From: Gammaproteobacteria bacterium
Lineage (GTDB): Bacteria > Pseudomonadota > Gammaproteobacteria > Ga0077536
Direction: 5' to 3'
Assembly: GCA_965217605.1 (NCBI GenBank)
Contig: CBDCJB010000017.1
Location: 142,677-206,676, forward strand
DNA length: 64,000 nucleotides
Shown piece after piece: positions 54,838 to 64,000 of the stretch. The translations under genes and the position numbers were made by a program. Position 1 is the first letter of the stretch, and each line of letters starts with the position of its first letter. The notes under the pieces were generated by a model. The model did not search any database, was not told the DNA's origin, and saw nothing but the letters and a program-made list of their open reading frames with translations.

Positions 54838-55646
54838 TCCGGCACCATCACCCGGATCAGTTGCGTGCGATAGGCAGCGGACGCGAGTTCATCGCTCTGT
54901 GTTGCAACGGTGCCCGCCACGAGCTCGCCCGCTTGATCAGCGTTCATACCGTCGATATCGGTCACTATCGTGGGACGCGGCATGACGCCGGCAACGACGA
55001 TCCGCGTGGCGTCGAGATCGCCCGCGCCGTTGACCGAGATCCACACCGCTACTCCTAAGGTCGCGCGGTCTTGTGCGACCCGACCGTGTTTCATATAGCA
55101 ACTGGCTTCGGCGTCGGACGTTAAAGGAAAGCTGACTCCTGTGACGATCTCGTCATCGGCCAGGTCGCAGGAGCGCGTGCCAAGCACAAAGGCATCCACC
55201 GGTTGGGTACGCGTCGTGCCGGTGACACTCGTAATCGTGAGCGCCCCGTCCAATGCGATCGCGGGCGCGAGCATATCGGCCGTATGATCGGCATGCACGA
55301 GATTGCCGATCAATGTCCCGCGGTTGCGCACTTGAGTGTCTCCGATGCTGTCCGCGGCATCGGCTAAAGCCATAGCGTACTGGTGGATCGAGGGATCGGT
55401 TGTGACACGACGGTGCCTCACCAAAGCATCGATCCGTAATCGCCCGTCATTAACCTGAATGTCTCCAAAACCGTCGATCCGGTTGATGTCGATCAACGTG
55501 CGTGGCGCGATTTCACGCGCTTTCATGAGCGGCACGAGGCTCTGACCACCGGCCAGCAATTTGGCGTCACGGTGCGTTTCGAGCAGGCCGATCGCTTCGG
55601 CAACCGTCGTCGGTGCGTAGTAGCGTTCGATCGGCTCAGGATACAT
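54795..55646 (-). CDS. FAD-binding medium subunit of Mo-hydroxylase (CoxM-like)
   Basis: 283 aa. LLAGGQSLVPLM FAD-binding PCMH-type motif. Confidence 0.8.
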   Translation of the reverse strand: MYPEPIERYYAPTTVAEAIGLLETHRDAKLLAGGQSLVPLMKAREIAPRTLIDINRIDGFGDIQVNDGRLRIDALVRHRRVTTDPSIHQYAMALADAADSIGDTQVRNRGTLIGNLVHADHTADMLAPAIALDGALTITSVTGTTRTQPVDAFVLGTRSCDLADDEIVTGVSFPLTSDAEASCYMKHGRVAQDRATLGVAVWISVNGAGDLDATRIVVAGVMPRPTIVTDIDGMNADQAGELVAGTVATQSDELASAAYRTQLIRVMVPECMKTARTRAERPR

Positions 55647-55737
55647 CGGTCAAGAAATGGTGCGGGCGTTGGGACGCTCCGCCCCATTCTATCAGCCCGT
55701 ATACTGTACCCGCGGTACCAACACGGCGAGCCATACC

Positions 55738-56556
55738 ATGGCGGTTGAAATCGATACTCAAAACCTCGCGCTCTTCTGTGACTTCGAGAACATCGCGCTC
55801 GGCGTGCGCGACGCGAAATACGCGAAGTTCGATATCAAACGGGTCATCGAACGCTTGCTCGTCAAGGGCAGCATCGTAGTCAAAAAAGCCTATTGCGATT
55901 GGGACCGCTACAAGACCTTCCGCGCGCAGATGCATGAAGCCGCCTTCGAACTCATCGAGATTCCGCACGTGCGGCAGTCGGGCAAGAATTCCGCGGATAT
56001 CCGTATGGTCGTCGACGCGCTCGATCTCTGCTACACGAAATCACACGTCGATACCTTCGTCATCATCAGCGGCGATTCCGATTTTTCACCGCTGGTGAGT
56101 AAACTGCGGGAAAACGCGAAGACGGTCATCGGTGTCGGTGTGAAGAGCTCAACTTCCGATCTCCTCATCAGCAGTTGCGACGAGTTTATTTTTTATGACG
56201 ATCTCGTTCGCGATGAGGAACATGCCAAGCGCGTACGTCGCAAAGCAGCGGCAAAGAAGAAATCGGCCCCGGATAAGCCCGAATCGAAGCAGGACGACTC
56301 CTTGCAAACGGCCATCGACCTGGTGATTGAGATGGCCGCTGCGATGCAAAGCGAGCGTGGCGATAAAGAGACGCTGTGGGGCTCAATGGTCAAGCAGGCA
56401 CTGAAGCGGCGGCGGCCGGGTTTCAACGAAAGCGCATACGGCGTACGTTCATTCAACAAGTTGCTCGAAGAGGCCCAGGCGCGCGGCCAACTCGATCTAG
56501 AACTCGATGAACCGTCGGGTGGCTACATCATCAAACGCATCGCAGACGACGATTAA
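55738..56556 (+). CDS. NYN (LabA-like) nuclease-fold domain protein with C-terminal OST-HTH/LOTUS-like region
   Basis: Start trimmed to MAVEIDTQ. FCDFENI...VISGDSDFSPL NYN signature. Lys-rich linker, then a helical C-terminal domain. Confidence 0.7.
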   Translation: MAVEIDTQNLALFCDFENIALGVRDAKYAKFDIKRVIERLLVKGSIVVKKAYCDWDRYKTFRAQMHEAAFELIEIPHVRQSGKNSADIRMVVDALDLCYTKSHVDTFVIISGDSDFSPLVSKLRENAKTVIGVGVKSSTSDLLISSCDEFIFYDDLVRDEEHAKRVRRKAAAKKKSAPDKPESKQDDSLQTAIDLVIEMAAAMQSERGDKETLWGSMVKQALKRRRPGFNESAYGVRSFNKLLEEAQARGQLDLELDEPSGGYIIKRIADDD

Positions 56557-56696
56557 CGCGCGCGCTCTGCATAAGCGAAAACCTCGTTCATGACAAGCCT
56601 GTCCAACGGGGAATTCGCCTAAAATCGCTATACCATCTGTATCCCGGCGACGGTATCATTCCGCCCGGGGATCCCGGAATATAGTGTGCCTAAAAC

Positions 56697-57083
56697 ATGA
56701 ATGTCGCATTGTTCTTTTGTGAGCATGCCGAGACCGATGCGAACGGTAAACTGGACCTGCACGGTATCTACAATGAGCTCCACGCGTCTGGATTTCCGGC
56801 CCGGCAAGATCACCTGGTTCTCGCCGGGATCGTGGAATGGAATCGCGATGATCACGGCAAATTGCCGTTCAAGATCGACTTGATGGACCCGGATGGCAGC
56901 GAGATCTTCACGATCGATGGGCACTCGGAAGTGGATTCACGTTCATCCACGCGGCCGCCGGCCAAGACCCATCTCATCCTGCCGCTCGAGAACCTGATTT
57001 TCTCTCAAGCTGGTCAGTATCCTGCTATCGTGCAGATCAACGATCAAACCGTCGAAGGGCCGTCGTTGTACTTGATGAATTGA
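56697..57083 (+). CDS. hypothetical protein
   Basis: 128 aa, no recognisable motif. Confidence 0.3.
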   Translation: MNVALFFCEHAETDANGKLDLHGIYNELHASGFPARQDHLVLAGIVEWNRDDHGKLPFKIDLMDPDGSEIFTIDGHSEVDSRSSTRPPAKTHLILPLENLIFSQAGQYPAIVQINDQTVEGPSLYLMN

Positions 57084-57126
57084 CCCGCAGAGAAGCAATA
57101 GACACACGACTGAGAAGAAAAAAACC

Positions 57127-57666
57127 ATGTCAATATCCGTACGAGAGGCCTTATCGCCTTTATACAAACCCACGCTCTATTTTCTGGTCGCGGTGGTTGG
57201 ATTTTTCGTGGGATGGTGGGTCAACGCGACTTATTACTCCGATAGAGCACCGGTGCAGCCGATCAATTTCAGCCATCGGATCCACGTCAGCGACAACGGC
57301 ATCGAGTGCCTGCATTGCCACGTCTACGCCGATAAAACGCCGTCCGCCGGCGTGCCGAGCGTCAACAAATGCATCGGGTGTCATAAGGTCATCGCCACCG
57401 ACAAACCGGAGATCCTGAAGGTCTTCCAGTATTGGGAAAATCGCGAACCGATACCCTGGGTCAAGGTCCACGATGTGCCCGACTTCGTGCATTTCACCCA
57501 TAAGCGCCACATCCGAGCCGGACTCACTTGCCAGGAGTGCCACGGCCCCGTCGAGACGATGGATCGCGTCACGCGTGTCGCCGATCTGAAAATGCCCTGG
57601 TGCGTGGATTGCCACACCCAAAAGGAGGTGGAGCATGGGCGCGATTGCTGGACCTGTCATAAATGA
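57127..57666 (+). CDS. membrane-anchored pentaheme c-type cytochrome (ActA/NrfH-NapC-like)
   Basis: 179 aa. N-terminal TM helix. Five CxxCH motifs (CLHCH, CIGCH, CQECH, CVDCH, CWTCH). Confidence 0.75.
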   Translation: MSISVREALSPLYKPTLYFLVAVVGFFVGWWVNATYYSDRAPVQPINFSHRIHVSDNGIECLHCHVYADKTPSAGVPSVNKCIGCHKVIATDKPEILKVFQYWENREPIPWVKVHDVPDFVHFTHKRHIRAGLTCQECHGPVETMDRVTRVADLKMPWCVDCHTQKEVEHGRDCWTCHK

Positions 57667-57720
57667 GCATAACGAAGGCCGCCTCGTCTGCATTGACCTA
57701 GCCGCGCCGCCCAGAATCTA

Positions 57721-59259
57721 GTGCGGCTTGAGCATCCGATTCATTTCGGGGGCGGCATAAAATGCGCCGCACACAAGGCGCAATCGCTGGAAATGCCGAT
57801 CGAGCGGGCGCTGGCGCCCGCGGAATTGACCTTACCCTTGCGACAACACGTCGGCGCCGAGGCCGAGCCCGTCGTCACCGTCGGTGAGCGTGTCCTCAAG
57901 GGCCAACTCATCGCCAAGTATGCGGGTCGGATCAGCGGTTCCATCCACGCGAGCAGCTCAGGCACGATCGTCGCGATCGGTGATCGCCCGATACCGAGCC
58001 CATCCGGCGCGCGAGCTGCCTGCATCGTGATCGAAACCGACGGCGAAGATGAATGGATCCCGCACGCCGGCATCGGCGACGATCCGTATGAACTCTCGCC
58101 TGCACAGATCCACGAAAAGATGCTTGAAGCGGGCATCGTCGGGCTCGGCGGAGCGGGCTTCCCTTCGGCGGCGAAGATGCTTCCGGGTATCCACCACGGC
58201 GTCAAACTCGTGATCTTGAATGCAGCGGAGTGTGAACCGTATATCACCTGTGACGAAGCGCTCATGCGCGAATACGGGCACGACGTCATCGCGGGACTCG
58301 AACTCCTGCGGCGCGCGGTCGGCGCGATCGAATGCGTGATCGGAATCGAAGACAACATGCCCGATGCGATTGCCGGACTCGGACAGGCGATCGAAGAGCT
58401 CGGCGAGACGAGTATCGACGTCGTGCCGCTACCGGCTATTTATCCTGCCGGTGGTGAGAATCAGCTCATCAAATCCCTCACGGGGCTCGAAGTTCCGGCG
58501 CAGGGCCTACCGCTGGATCTCGGCATTGTTTGTTATAACGTCGGTACAGCCGTCGCGACCTATCGCGCGATGGCGTGGGGCATGCCGTTGATCTCACGCA
58601 TCGTGACGATTACGGGACAGGCCGTGAATCAAGCCAAAAACCTGGAAGTGATGGTCGGTTCGCCCATCGACGGATTGATCGAACAGTGCGGTGGTTATGC
58701 CGAGGATCCCGAACGCTTGATCCTCGGCGGACCGATGATGGGATTCAGCGTTCCATCGGCCGATCTGCCCGTGACCAAGACGACCAATTGCATCATCGCC
58801 GCGGGCCCAGGCGAGTTTCCCCCATCGCGAACGGCGAGCGAATGTATTCGCTGCGGGGACTGCGTCACCGTTTGTCCCGCCAAACTCCTACCGCAGCAAC
58901 TGTACACCTATGCGCGGGACAAGGATTACGACGGCGCGCAGGAATACGATATTTTCGCCTGTATCGAATGCGGATGCTGCGCCTACGTATGCCCCAGTCA
59001 CATACCGCTGGTCGACTATTATCGAAGCGCGAAAACGGCGATTTGGAGCCTCTCGCGCGATCGCGAGCAGGCCGGGGTGGCGCGCGAGCGATACGAAGCG
59101 CGCGAGGCGCGGCTCGCGCGGCAGGGTGATGAAGAACGCGATAACAGCTTCGTCGATCCGGATCCCGATACCATGCAGGCGGATATCGAGGCGGCCGTCG
59201 AGCGGGTCAAGTCGAAGAAGGCGGAACGCGCGCGGGACCAGGGAGATCCCGGTAAATGA
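57721..59259 (+). CDS. RnfC/RsxC-like iron-sulfur flavoprotein subunit
   Basis: 512 aa. Conserved RnfC blocks (GLGGAGFP, NAAECEPYIT). Two 4Fe-4S motifs (CIRCGDCVTVCP, CIECGCCAYVCP). Charged coiled C-terminus. Confidence 0.8.
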   Translation: MRLEHPIHFGGGIKCAAHKAQSLEMPIERALAPAELTLPLRQHVGAEAEPVVTVGERVLKGQLIAKYAGRISGSIHASSSGTIVAIGDRPIPSPSGARAACIVIETDGEDEWIPHAGIGDDPYELSPAQIHEKMLEAGIVGLGGAGFPSAAKMLPGIHHGVKLVILNAAECEPYITCDEALMREYGHDVIAGLELLRRAVGAIECVIGIEDNMPDAIAGLGQAIEELGETSIDVVPLPAIYPAGGENQLIKSLTGLEVPAQGLPLDLGIVCYNVGTAVATYRAMAWGMPLISRIVTITGQAVNQAKNLEVMVGSPIDGLIEQCGGYAEDPERLILGGPMMGFSVPSADLPVTKTTNCIIAAGPGEFPPSRTASECIRCGDCVTVCPAKLLPQQLYTYARDKDYDGAQEYDIFACIECGCCAYVCPSHIPLVDYYRSAKTAIWSLSRDREQAGVARERYEAREARLARQGDEERDNSFVDPDPDTMQADIEAAVERVKSKKAERARDQGDPGK

Positions 59260-59269
59260 AACTCAACAA

Positions 59270-59749
59270 TCAGTGAAAAAATTCGTGTCGATAAGTGACT
59301 TTGAATGGATCTGATTCGTTGACCGGTACGACATCGATATCGAAGGTGACTGTGTCATTGTCATCGACCGCCATGTCGGCGATGTAATAGATCGCATCCT
59401 GCTCGGTAATCTCTTTCATATCCAGTTCTTTGAACTGGCCGGCGAGGTTTCTCGCGCTCGCCGCGACCTTGCCGGTCACCGGCTCGCCGCCACCGTCAGC
59501 CTTTTTGGTGATCACCACATTCAACATCGCGCGGCTGTTACTGCGGGCGATGCGGTACTCTTTCGCAACTTCCTGTGGAAGCTGATCGGTCGTCAACGCA
59601 TTGACGTGCAGCGTGTAATTACCAAAATCCTTCTGGTGCTCGTTAGCGCCCAGCACGATTCGGTCGCTGTCCACCGGCGTTTCTTTGGCGCGTTCGCATC
59701 CGGCTAGCACGAATACGGCCGTCGCTAAGATCAAAGCGCAGACGCGCAT
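59270..59749 (-). CDS. lipoprotein of unknown function
   Basis: Start trimmed to MRVCALILATAVFVLAGC (lipobox LAGC). Confidence 0.45.
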   Translation of the reverse strand: MRVCALILATAVFVLAGCERAKETPVDSDRIVLGANEHQKDFGNYTLHVNALTTDQLPQEVAKEYRIARSNSRAMLNVVITKKADGGGEPVTGKVAASARNLAGQFKELDMKEITEQDAIYYIADMAVDDNDTVTFDIDVVPVNESDPFKVTYRHEFFH

Positions 59750-59759
59750 GACGCTGGAA

Positions 59760-61028
59760 CTATTTCCAGATGCGGTCGAGATCGGCGGGATCACTTTTTT
59801 CCCAGGTCGATATGACGGGGATGGCATTGAAGAAGAATAGCAAGAGCGTGAAGAAGCCGGCAAATAATCCTATGGTGATCGTGATTTCGGTAAATGAGGA
59901 GAAGAAGCGATGATCCTCGCTCAGGGCCGGCATGACGAGGATATAGCGATTCAGCCAGATACCGATGTTGACGATCGCGGCCACCAGGATCATGCTCCAC
60001 CACTGGGTCTTGATCTTCACGAAGAGCAGACAAGCCAACGGAATCACGACATTGCAGCACATCATCGCCCAGAATATCGGGCCGTAATGGCCATACATCT
60101 GGGTCCCTAACACGCCGTATTCATGCGGCAGGTTGCCGTACCAGCTGACGAAGAACTGTGCCCAGAACATGTAGGTCCAGAGCAGTAGAAAACCCGTCAT
60201 CAACACGCCCATGTAGCGCACCTGGGTCGTAGAGATGAGATCGCTGACCGGCATGAAGCGAAACAGAATCGCGGTCACGATCAGAATTAAACCCGCCCCG
60301 CCATACATATTGCCGAGAATGAAATACATCGGGAATACCGTGCTGTGGTAATGCTCCACCAGCATCATCGAGAAGTCCCAGGCGATGAACGTATTCGCGA
60401 ATACCGCGAGGATTAAGATGACCGGGGATAAGCGATAGAGCCGGTCTTCGATCAGCGCGTCATCGCGTCCCTGGCGGGCCGATGCGACCCAACCGAGCAG
60501 GCCCTGGCGCCAGCCCGGACCCTGCTTGCGATCCCGATCCGAGATATTCGGCGCAAGCCCGAGGTTGAAGTAGTAGAGCGCCACGGAATAGAACACGATT
60601 TGCGCGCCCAAATTCCGGAACAGCATGAGGTTTGAACTCAACCACGGGCTGAGGTGTGCGTCTTCGGGAGCGGACAACCAATACAGAAGGTGTTCGCTGC
60701 CGAACGCGTATATGAAGAGGAAACCAACGATCGCGAAAGGGCTGAAGGCCATCGTGATCATGCCGCCTACGTAGTAGAACGACCGACCCCATTTCGCGCC
60801 GACTAAACGCATGATCGCGCAGAAGGCGATTCCGAACTGGCTGACGCCGATCAGGTAGAGAAAGTTGACGACCAGGTAGCCCCAGGCCTCGGTACTCGGC
60901 TGTGTCATCAAGGCATAGGTAAACCAGCCCGTTGCGGCCAGGAACAATAGAGCCGACACCATCAACGCCGTCGAATAACCGCGACCTTCGGCCGGTACGC
61001 CCAACACCGCTTGCCCTGCGCCGCTCAT
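59760..61028 (-). CDS. actF: Alternative Complex III subunit ActF (NrfD/PsrC-family membrane protein)
   Basis: 422 aa polytopic. Paralogous to the actC-like gene upstream. Position in the actB-F order. Confidence 0.65.
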   Translation of the reverse strand: MSGAGQAVLGVPAEGRGYSTALMVSALLFLAATGWFTYALMTQPSTEAWGYLVVNFLYLIGVSQFGIAFCAIMRLVGAKWGRSFYYVGGMITMAFSPFAIVGFLFIYAFGSEHLLYWLSAPEDAHLSPWLSSNLMLFRNLGAQIVFYSVALYYFNLGLAPNISDRDRKQGPGWRQGLLGWVASARQGRDDALIEDRLYRLSPVILILAVFANTFIAWDFSMMLVEHYHSTVFPMYFILGNMYGGAGLILIVTAILFRFMPVSDLISTTQVRYMGVLMTGFLLLWTYMFWAQFFVSWYGNLPHEYGVLGTQMYGHYGPIFWAMMCCNVVIPLACLLFVKIKTQWWSMILVAAIVNIGIWLNRYILVMPALSEDHRFFSSFTEITITIGLFAGFFTLLLFFFNAIPVISTWEKSDPADLDRIWK

Positions 61029-61558
61029 TCGGATTTAGGTCCCAGGACTGCCTTGATGTAATTGATCACGTGCCACCGTTCCTGTTTGGCGATGGAATCG
61101 CGATAGAAGGGCATCGCGATACTGCCGTGGCTGATCGTGTAATAAAGCTGGCCATCGGGTTGCATCTGCACGTAGTCGAGCGTCAGGTCCATGGGATCGG
61201 GAATGTATTTCTTTCCAACCGGCCCATCACCGAGGCCCTGCGCGCCATGGCATAACGCGCAGTGAACGTCATAAAGGGTCTTGCCTCGATTGAGCGATTC
61301 GGCCGATTTCGGCACCGGATTACTCAACTTGCCCGCATCAAGGCGCATGCGCACCAGCTCACCCATATCTTTCGGCGCGCGGTACAGATCGCCGCCATCA
61401 CTCGGCACCGAGCTGCGATTGACCTCGACCAGCGACTCCTGCGGCTTGACCGACGGCTGGTTTTTCATGTCCTTCGACCATGGTGTGGCGGCGCCGAGAT
61501 TCGGCACGGTGATGCCGATAACGAACAGGAACACAGCGCGGAGGTTTTGCTCGTTCAT
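61025..61558 (-). CDS. actE: Alternative Complex III monoheme cytochrome c subunit ActE
   Basis: 177 aa. Signal/anchor N-term. Single CALCHG heme motif. Confidence 0.7.
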   Translation of the reverse strand: MNEQNLRAVFLFVIGITVPNLGAATPWSKDMKNQPSVKPQESLVEVNRSSVPSDGGDLYRAPKDMGELVRMRLDAGKLSNPVPKSAESLNRGKTLYDVHCALCHGAQGLGDGPVGKKYIPDPMDLTLDYVQMQPDGQLYYTISHGSIAMPFYRDSIAKQERWHVINYIKAVLGPKSE

Positions 61559-62067
61559 CAGTCGATGTCGATATTCTGCACGTCTTCCGCGCCGGCCTCT
61601 TTCAACATCCGTTCCGCATCGGCGCGTTGTTGTTCCTCGTCATAATCCACGACGACGGAAAAGCGATCGACGATGATCTCGGGACGATAGGGCGCATCGC
61701 TCCAGGCCGGCAGGCCGGAGACAAAGTGAAACCCGAGCAGCGTCGCCAAGGTGCCGATCAAGATCGTCATCTCGTAGGTGATCACCAGAAACGGCGGGAA
61801 AGCGATGATCGCCCGGCCGCCAGTCGGCAGGATGAACACGAGCGCGCAGGCGACGGCCAGACTGAATCCTGAAATGGCGCCGACGATCGCACCGATCAGT
61901 GAGTAACGACGCACCGAGGAGACGCCCAATTCCAATGTCTCGTAGGCATCGTGCACCGGGATCGGTGACATCAGATGAAGGTTAGCGAAGCCAGAGGATT
62001 TGAGCTGCTCAGCCGCGGCCAGCGAGTCCTCTTTGTACTGAAACGTCGCGAGAACGCTCTTGGCCAT
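61558..62067 (-). CDS. actD: Alternative Complex III subunit ActD-like membrane protein
   Basis: 169 aa with two TM segments, between actC and actE. Confidence 0.55.
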   Translation of the reverse strand: MAKSVLATFQYKEDSLAAAEQLKSSGFANLHLMSPIPVHDAYETLELGVSSVRRYSLIGAIVGAISGFSLAVACALVFILPTGGRAIIAFPPFLVITYEMTILIGTLATLLGFHFVSGLPAWSDAPYRPEIIVDRFSVVVDYDEEQQRADAERMLKEAGAEDVQNIDID

Positions 62068-63435
62068 TTATGCGGTCCTCGTTCTCGTTAATGGTTTCAA
62101 GGTTTCCTTCACTTCGTAAATAGATATACAAGGCGTCCACTTGATGAAAATGAGGAACAGCGTGGTAAAGATGGCGAAGGACCCAACGGTAATGGAGATT
62201 TCCACCATACTCGGAAAGTAAAAACCGAACGCGTCGGGCAGGAACTTACGCGGTTGCGAAGTCGCGACGATGATGAAGCGCTCGGTCAACATGCCGATGT
62301 TGATCAGAATCGAAATCACGAATGCATAGTTCCAGTTCAACCGGAATTTCTTGAACCAGAGCAACATGGGAACGAATGCGCAGAACACTATCATTTCCCA
62401 GAACAGCGGCGCGTAAAACCCGAACATCTTGAACTTGAGCGCTTCGAGCTCGAAGGAGGTGCCGCTGTACCACCCCGTGAAGAGCTCGAGGCAGTTGATA
62501 TAGGACCATACCAGCGACAAGGCGATCAGGAGCTTGCACAGGTTCTCCAAGTGGAGCTCACGGATGTAGAGTTCCAGATGCATGAATCTGCGCAACAGGT
62601 ACATGACCGTCACGATGCCGGCGGTACCGGAGTAGATCGCGCCACAGACGAAATAAGGCGCGAAGATCGTGTGGTGCAGGCCCGGCACGATGGACATGGC
62701 GAAATCCCACGACACGATACTGTGTACCGACACCGCAAGCGGGATCACGAAAACCGCGAAGAACAGATAAGCGGCCGACAGCGTATGCCACTCCCTCGCC
62801 GTTCCGCGCCAACCGAACGAGAAAATCGCGTACAGGCGCCGGCGCAAACCGGTACTGGCGTCGCGCACGGCGGCATAGTCGGGCACCGATCCCATGTAGA
62901 TGAAGATCGAGCTCGCCGTGAGATACGTGGTAATGGCCATGACATCGAACATCAAGGGCGACCGGAAGTTCGGCCACAGCCCCATCTCATTCGGGATCGG
63001 CACGCTCCAGTGTACGTGCCACACGCGGCCCAGGTGGACGGCAACGAAACACGCGGCGGTCATGAGCGAGAACAAGGTCATCGCCTCGGCGCTGCGGTAG
63101 ATCGCATTGCGCCAGGAACTCTGGGTGATGTGCAGGATGGCCGATAACAGCGTGCCCGAATGGGACAGGCCTATCCAAAAGATGAAGTTCGATAAATAGG
63201 TACCCCATACGGCATTGCGATTCATGCCCGCGGCACCCACACCGACCTGCAACTGGTAGATCCACGGGCCTATGAAACAAACGATAACCACCAATATGGA
63301 TGTGGCGAGCAGGATCCAATACCCGCGGCCGGTATGCAGCAGCGTGTTCAGGACGTCCTTGTTGACGTCCGCGTAGGTCGGCTCGTTGGTATTAGCCATA
63401 GGCGTCGGCGTTCTCGTGATCGTCGCTGGCCTCAC
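62068..63435 (-). CDS. actC: Alternative Complex III subunit ActC (NrfD/PsrC family)
   Basis: 455 aa polytopic membrane protein with the NrfD-like helix pattern. Confidence 0.7.
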   Translation of the reverse strand: MRPATITRTPTPMANTNEPTYADVNKDVLNTLLHTGRGYWILLATSILVVIVCFIGPWIYQLQVGVGAAGMNRNAVWGTYLSNFIFWIGLSHSGTLLSAILHITQSSWRNAIYRSAEAMTLFSLMTAACFVAVHLGRVWHVHWSVPIPNEMGLWPNFRSPLMFDVMAITTYLTASSIFIYMGSVPDYAAVRDASTGLRRRLYAIFSFGWRGTAREWHTLSAAYLFFAVFVIPLAVSVHSIVSWDFAMSIVPGLHHTIFAPYFVCGAIYSGTAGIVTVMYLLRRFMHLELYIRELHLENLCKLLIALSLVWSYINCLELFTGWYSGTSFELEALKFKMFGFYAPLFWEMIVFCAFVPMLLWFKKFRLNWNYAFVISILINIGMLTERFIIVATSQPRKFLPDAFGFYFPSMVEISITVGSFAIFTTLFLIFIKWTPCISIYEVKETLKPLTRTRTA

Positions 63436-64000
63436 TGGCGCCGACGCGCTTCAAGTACACGATGGAAGGCGAGGTGTTGAGCTCTTCCAGAACGTGATAA
63501 CTACGCTCGTTTTTCACCATCTTCGATACGCGACTCTCGGGGTCGTTCAGATTCCCGAATACCATCGCTTCGGTCGGGCAGGTTTGCACGCAAGCCGGCG
63601 TCACTTCGCCGTCGCGCACGCGCCGGCGATCGTCGTCCTTGGCCGTGTCTTTCGCCATGCGGATGCGTTGAATGCAGAACGTGCATTTCTCCATCACGCC
63701 CTTTTCCCGAATTGAGACGTCGGGGTTCAACTGCTGTTCCAGCGGCTCGTCCCAGGTGTAGGTAAACCAATTGAAGTAGCGAACCTCGTAAGGGCAGTAA
63801 ACCGCGCAGGTACGCGTGCCGATACAGCGGTTGTAGATCTGTGTATTCAAGCCATCCTGGTTGTGATACGTCGCGGCGACGGGGCAGGGCGTTTCGCACG
63901 GCGCTTGATCGCACTGCTGGCAGAGCATCGGCAGGAAGTGCAGCTTCACATCCGGGAAATCGCCTTCCCAATACCGCTCGATGCGCAGCCACTTCATCTC
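63392..64000 (-). CDS. actB: Alternative Complex III iron-sulfur subunit ActB, C-terminal part (gene continues beyond window end)
   Basis: 4Fe-4S ferredoxin-type Cys clusters (CQQCDQAPCETPCP, CIGTRTCAVYCP, CTFC...C..CP) as in the PsrB-like domain of ActB. The ORF is open at the window edge. Confidence 0.7.
   Translation of the reverse strand, partial: EMKWLRIERYWEGDFPDVKLHFLPMLCQQCDQAPCETPCPVAATYHNQDGLNTQIYNRCIGTRTCAVYCPYEVRYFNWFTYTWDEPLEQQLNPDVSIREKGVMEKCTFCIQRIRMAKDTAKDDDRRRVRDGEVTPACVQTCPTEAMVFGNLNDPESRVSKMVKNERSYHVLEELNTSPSIVYLKRVGASEASDDHENADAYG

Noticed and set aside
1-64000. CRISPR arrays, transposases, integrases, phage structural genes
   Set aside because: No direct-repeat/spacer periodicity, no DDE/tyrosine-recombinase-like ORFs and no phage modules were recognised anywhere in the window. 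The only repeats found are the two REP-like palindromes.

Overview
GC-rich bacterial chromosomal segment, probably proteobacterial, with five recognisable blocks. (1) 1-11.5 kb, plus strand: a catabolic cluster with SMP-30/gluconolactonase-like protein, RidA, hydantoinase B/A, Rieske ring-hydroxylating oxygenase beta and two alpha subunits, an M29-like protein, an intradiol dioxygenase, and an unusual NTF2(beta-subunit-like)+2xCDGSH fusion. (2) 11.9-26.0 kb, minus strand: a three-gene NRPS locus. Module 1 is Cstarter-A-T-E*. Its adenylation domain is interrupted between A8 and A9 by a complete PP-loop (SGGKDS) amidotransferase-like domain with a Cys4 cluster. Module 2 is C-A(methyltransferase)-T-E*, but its parts lie in different frames. 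The terminal gene is C-T-TE and lacks an A domain. Divergently flanked by a MOP-family flippase, a large membrane protein and an SGNH hydrolase. (3) 32.8-33.6 kb: a tight array of seven tRNA genes on the minus strand, two of them non-canonical, then a strong terminator, a low-GC gene-poor patch and RtcB. (4) 35.8-44.9 kb: a second catabolic cluster with meta-cleavage hydrolase, extradiol dioxygenase, M20 amidohydrolase, KshA-like Rieske oxygenase, Rieske ferredoxin, SDR and HpaB-like monooxygenase, plus an adenylate-cyclase/TPR protein. (5) 45-64 kb: an N,N-dimethylformamidase-large-subunit-like protein, an ECF sigma / anti-sigma / secreted-protein module, a Mo-hydroxylase (CoxLSM-like) operon, a NYN protein, a pentaheme cytochrome c + RnfC-like pair, and an Alternative Complex III operon (actB-F, actB truncated at the window end). 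Many long antisense ORFs in the track are GC-driven artefacts. No CRISPR array, transposase or integrase was recognised. The most interesting item is the amidotransferase-interrupted NRPS adenylation domain, together with the degenerate E-like domains that follow both modules.
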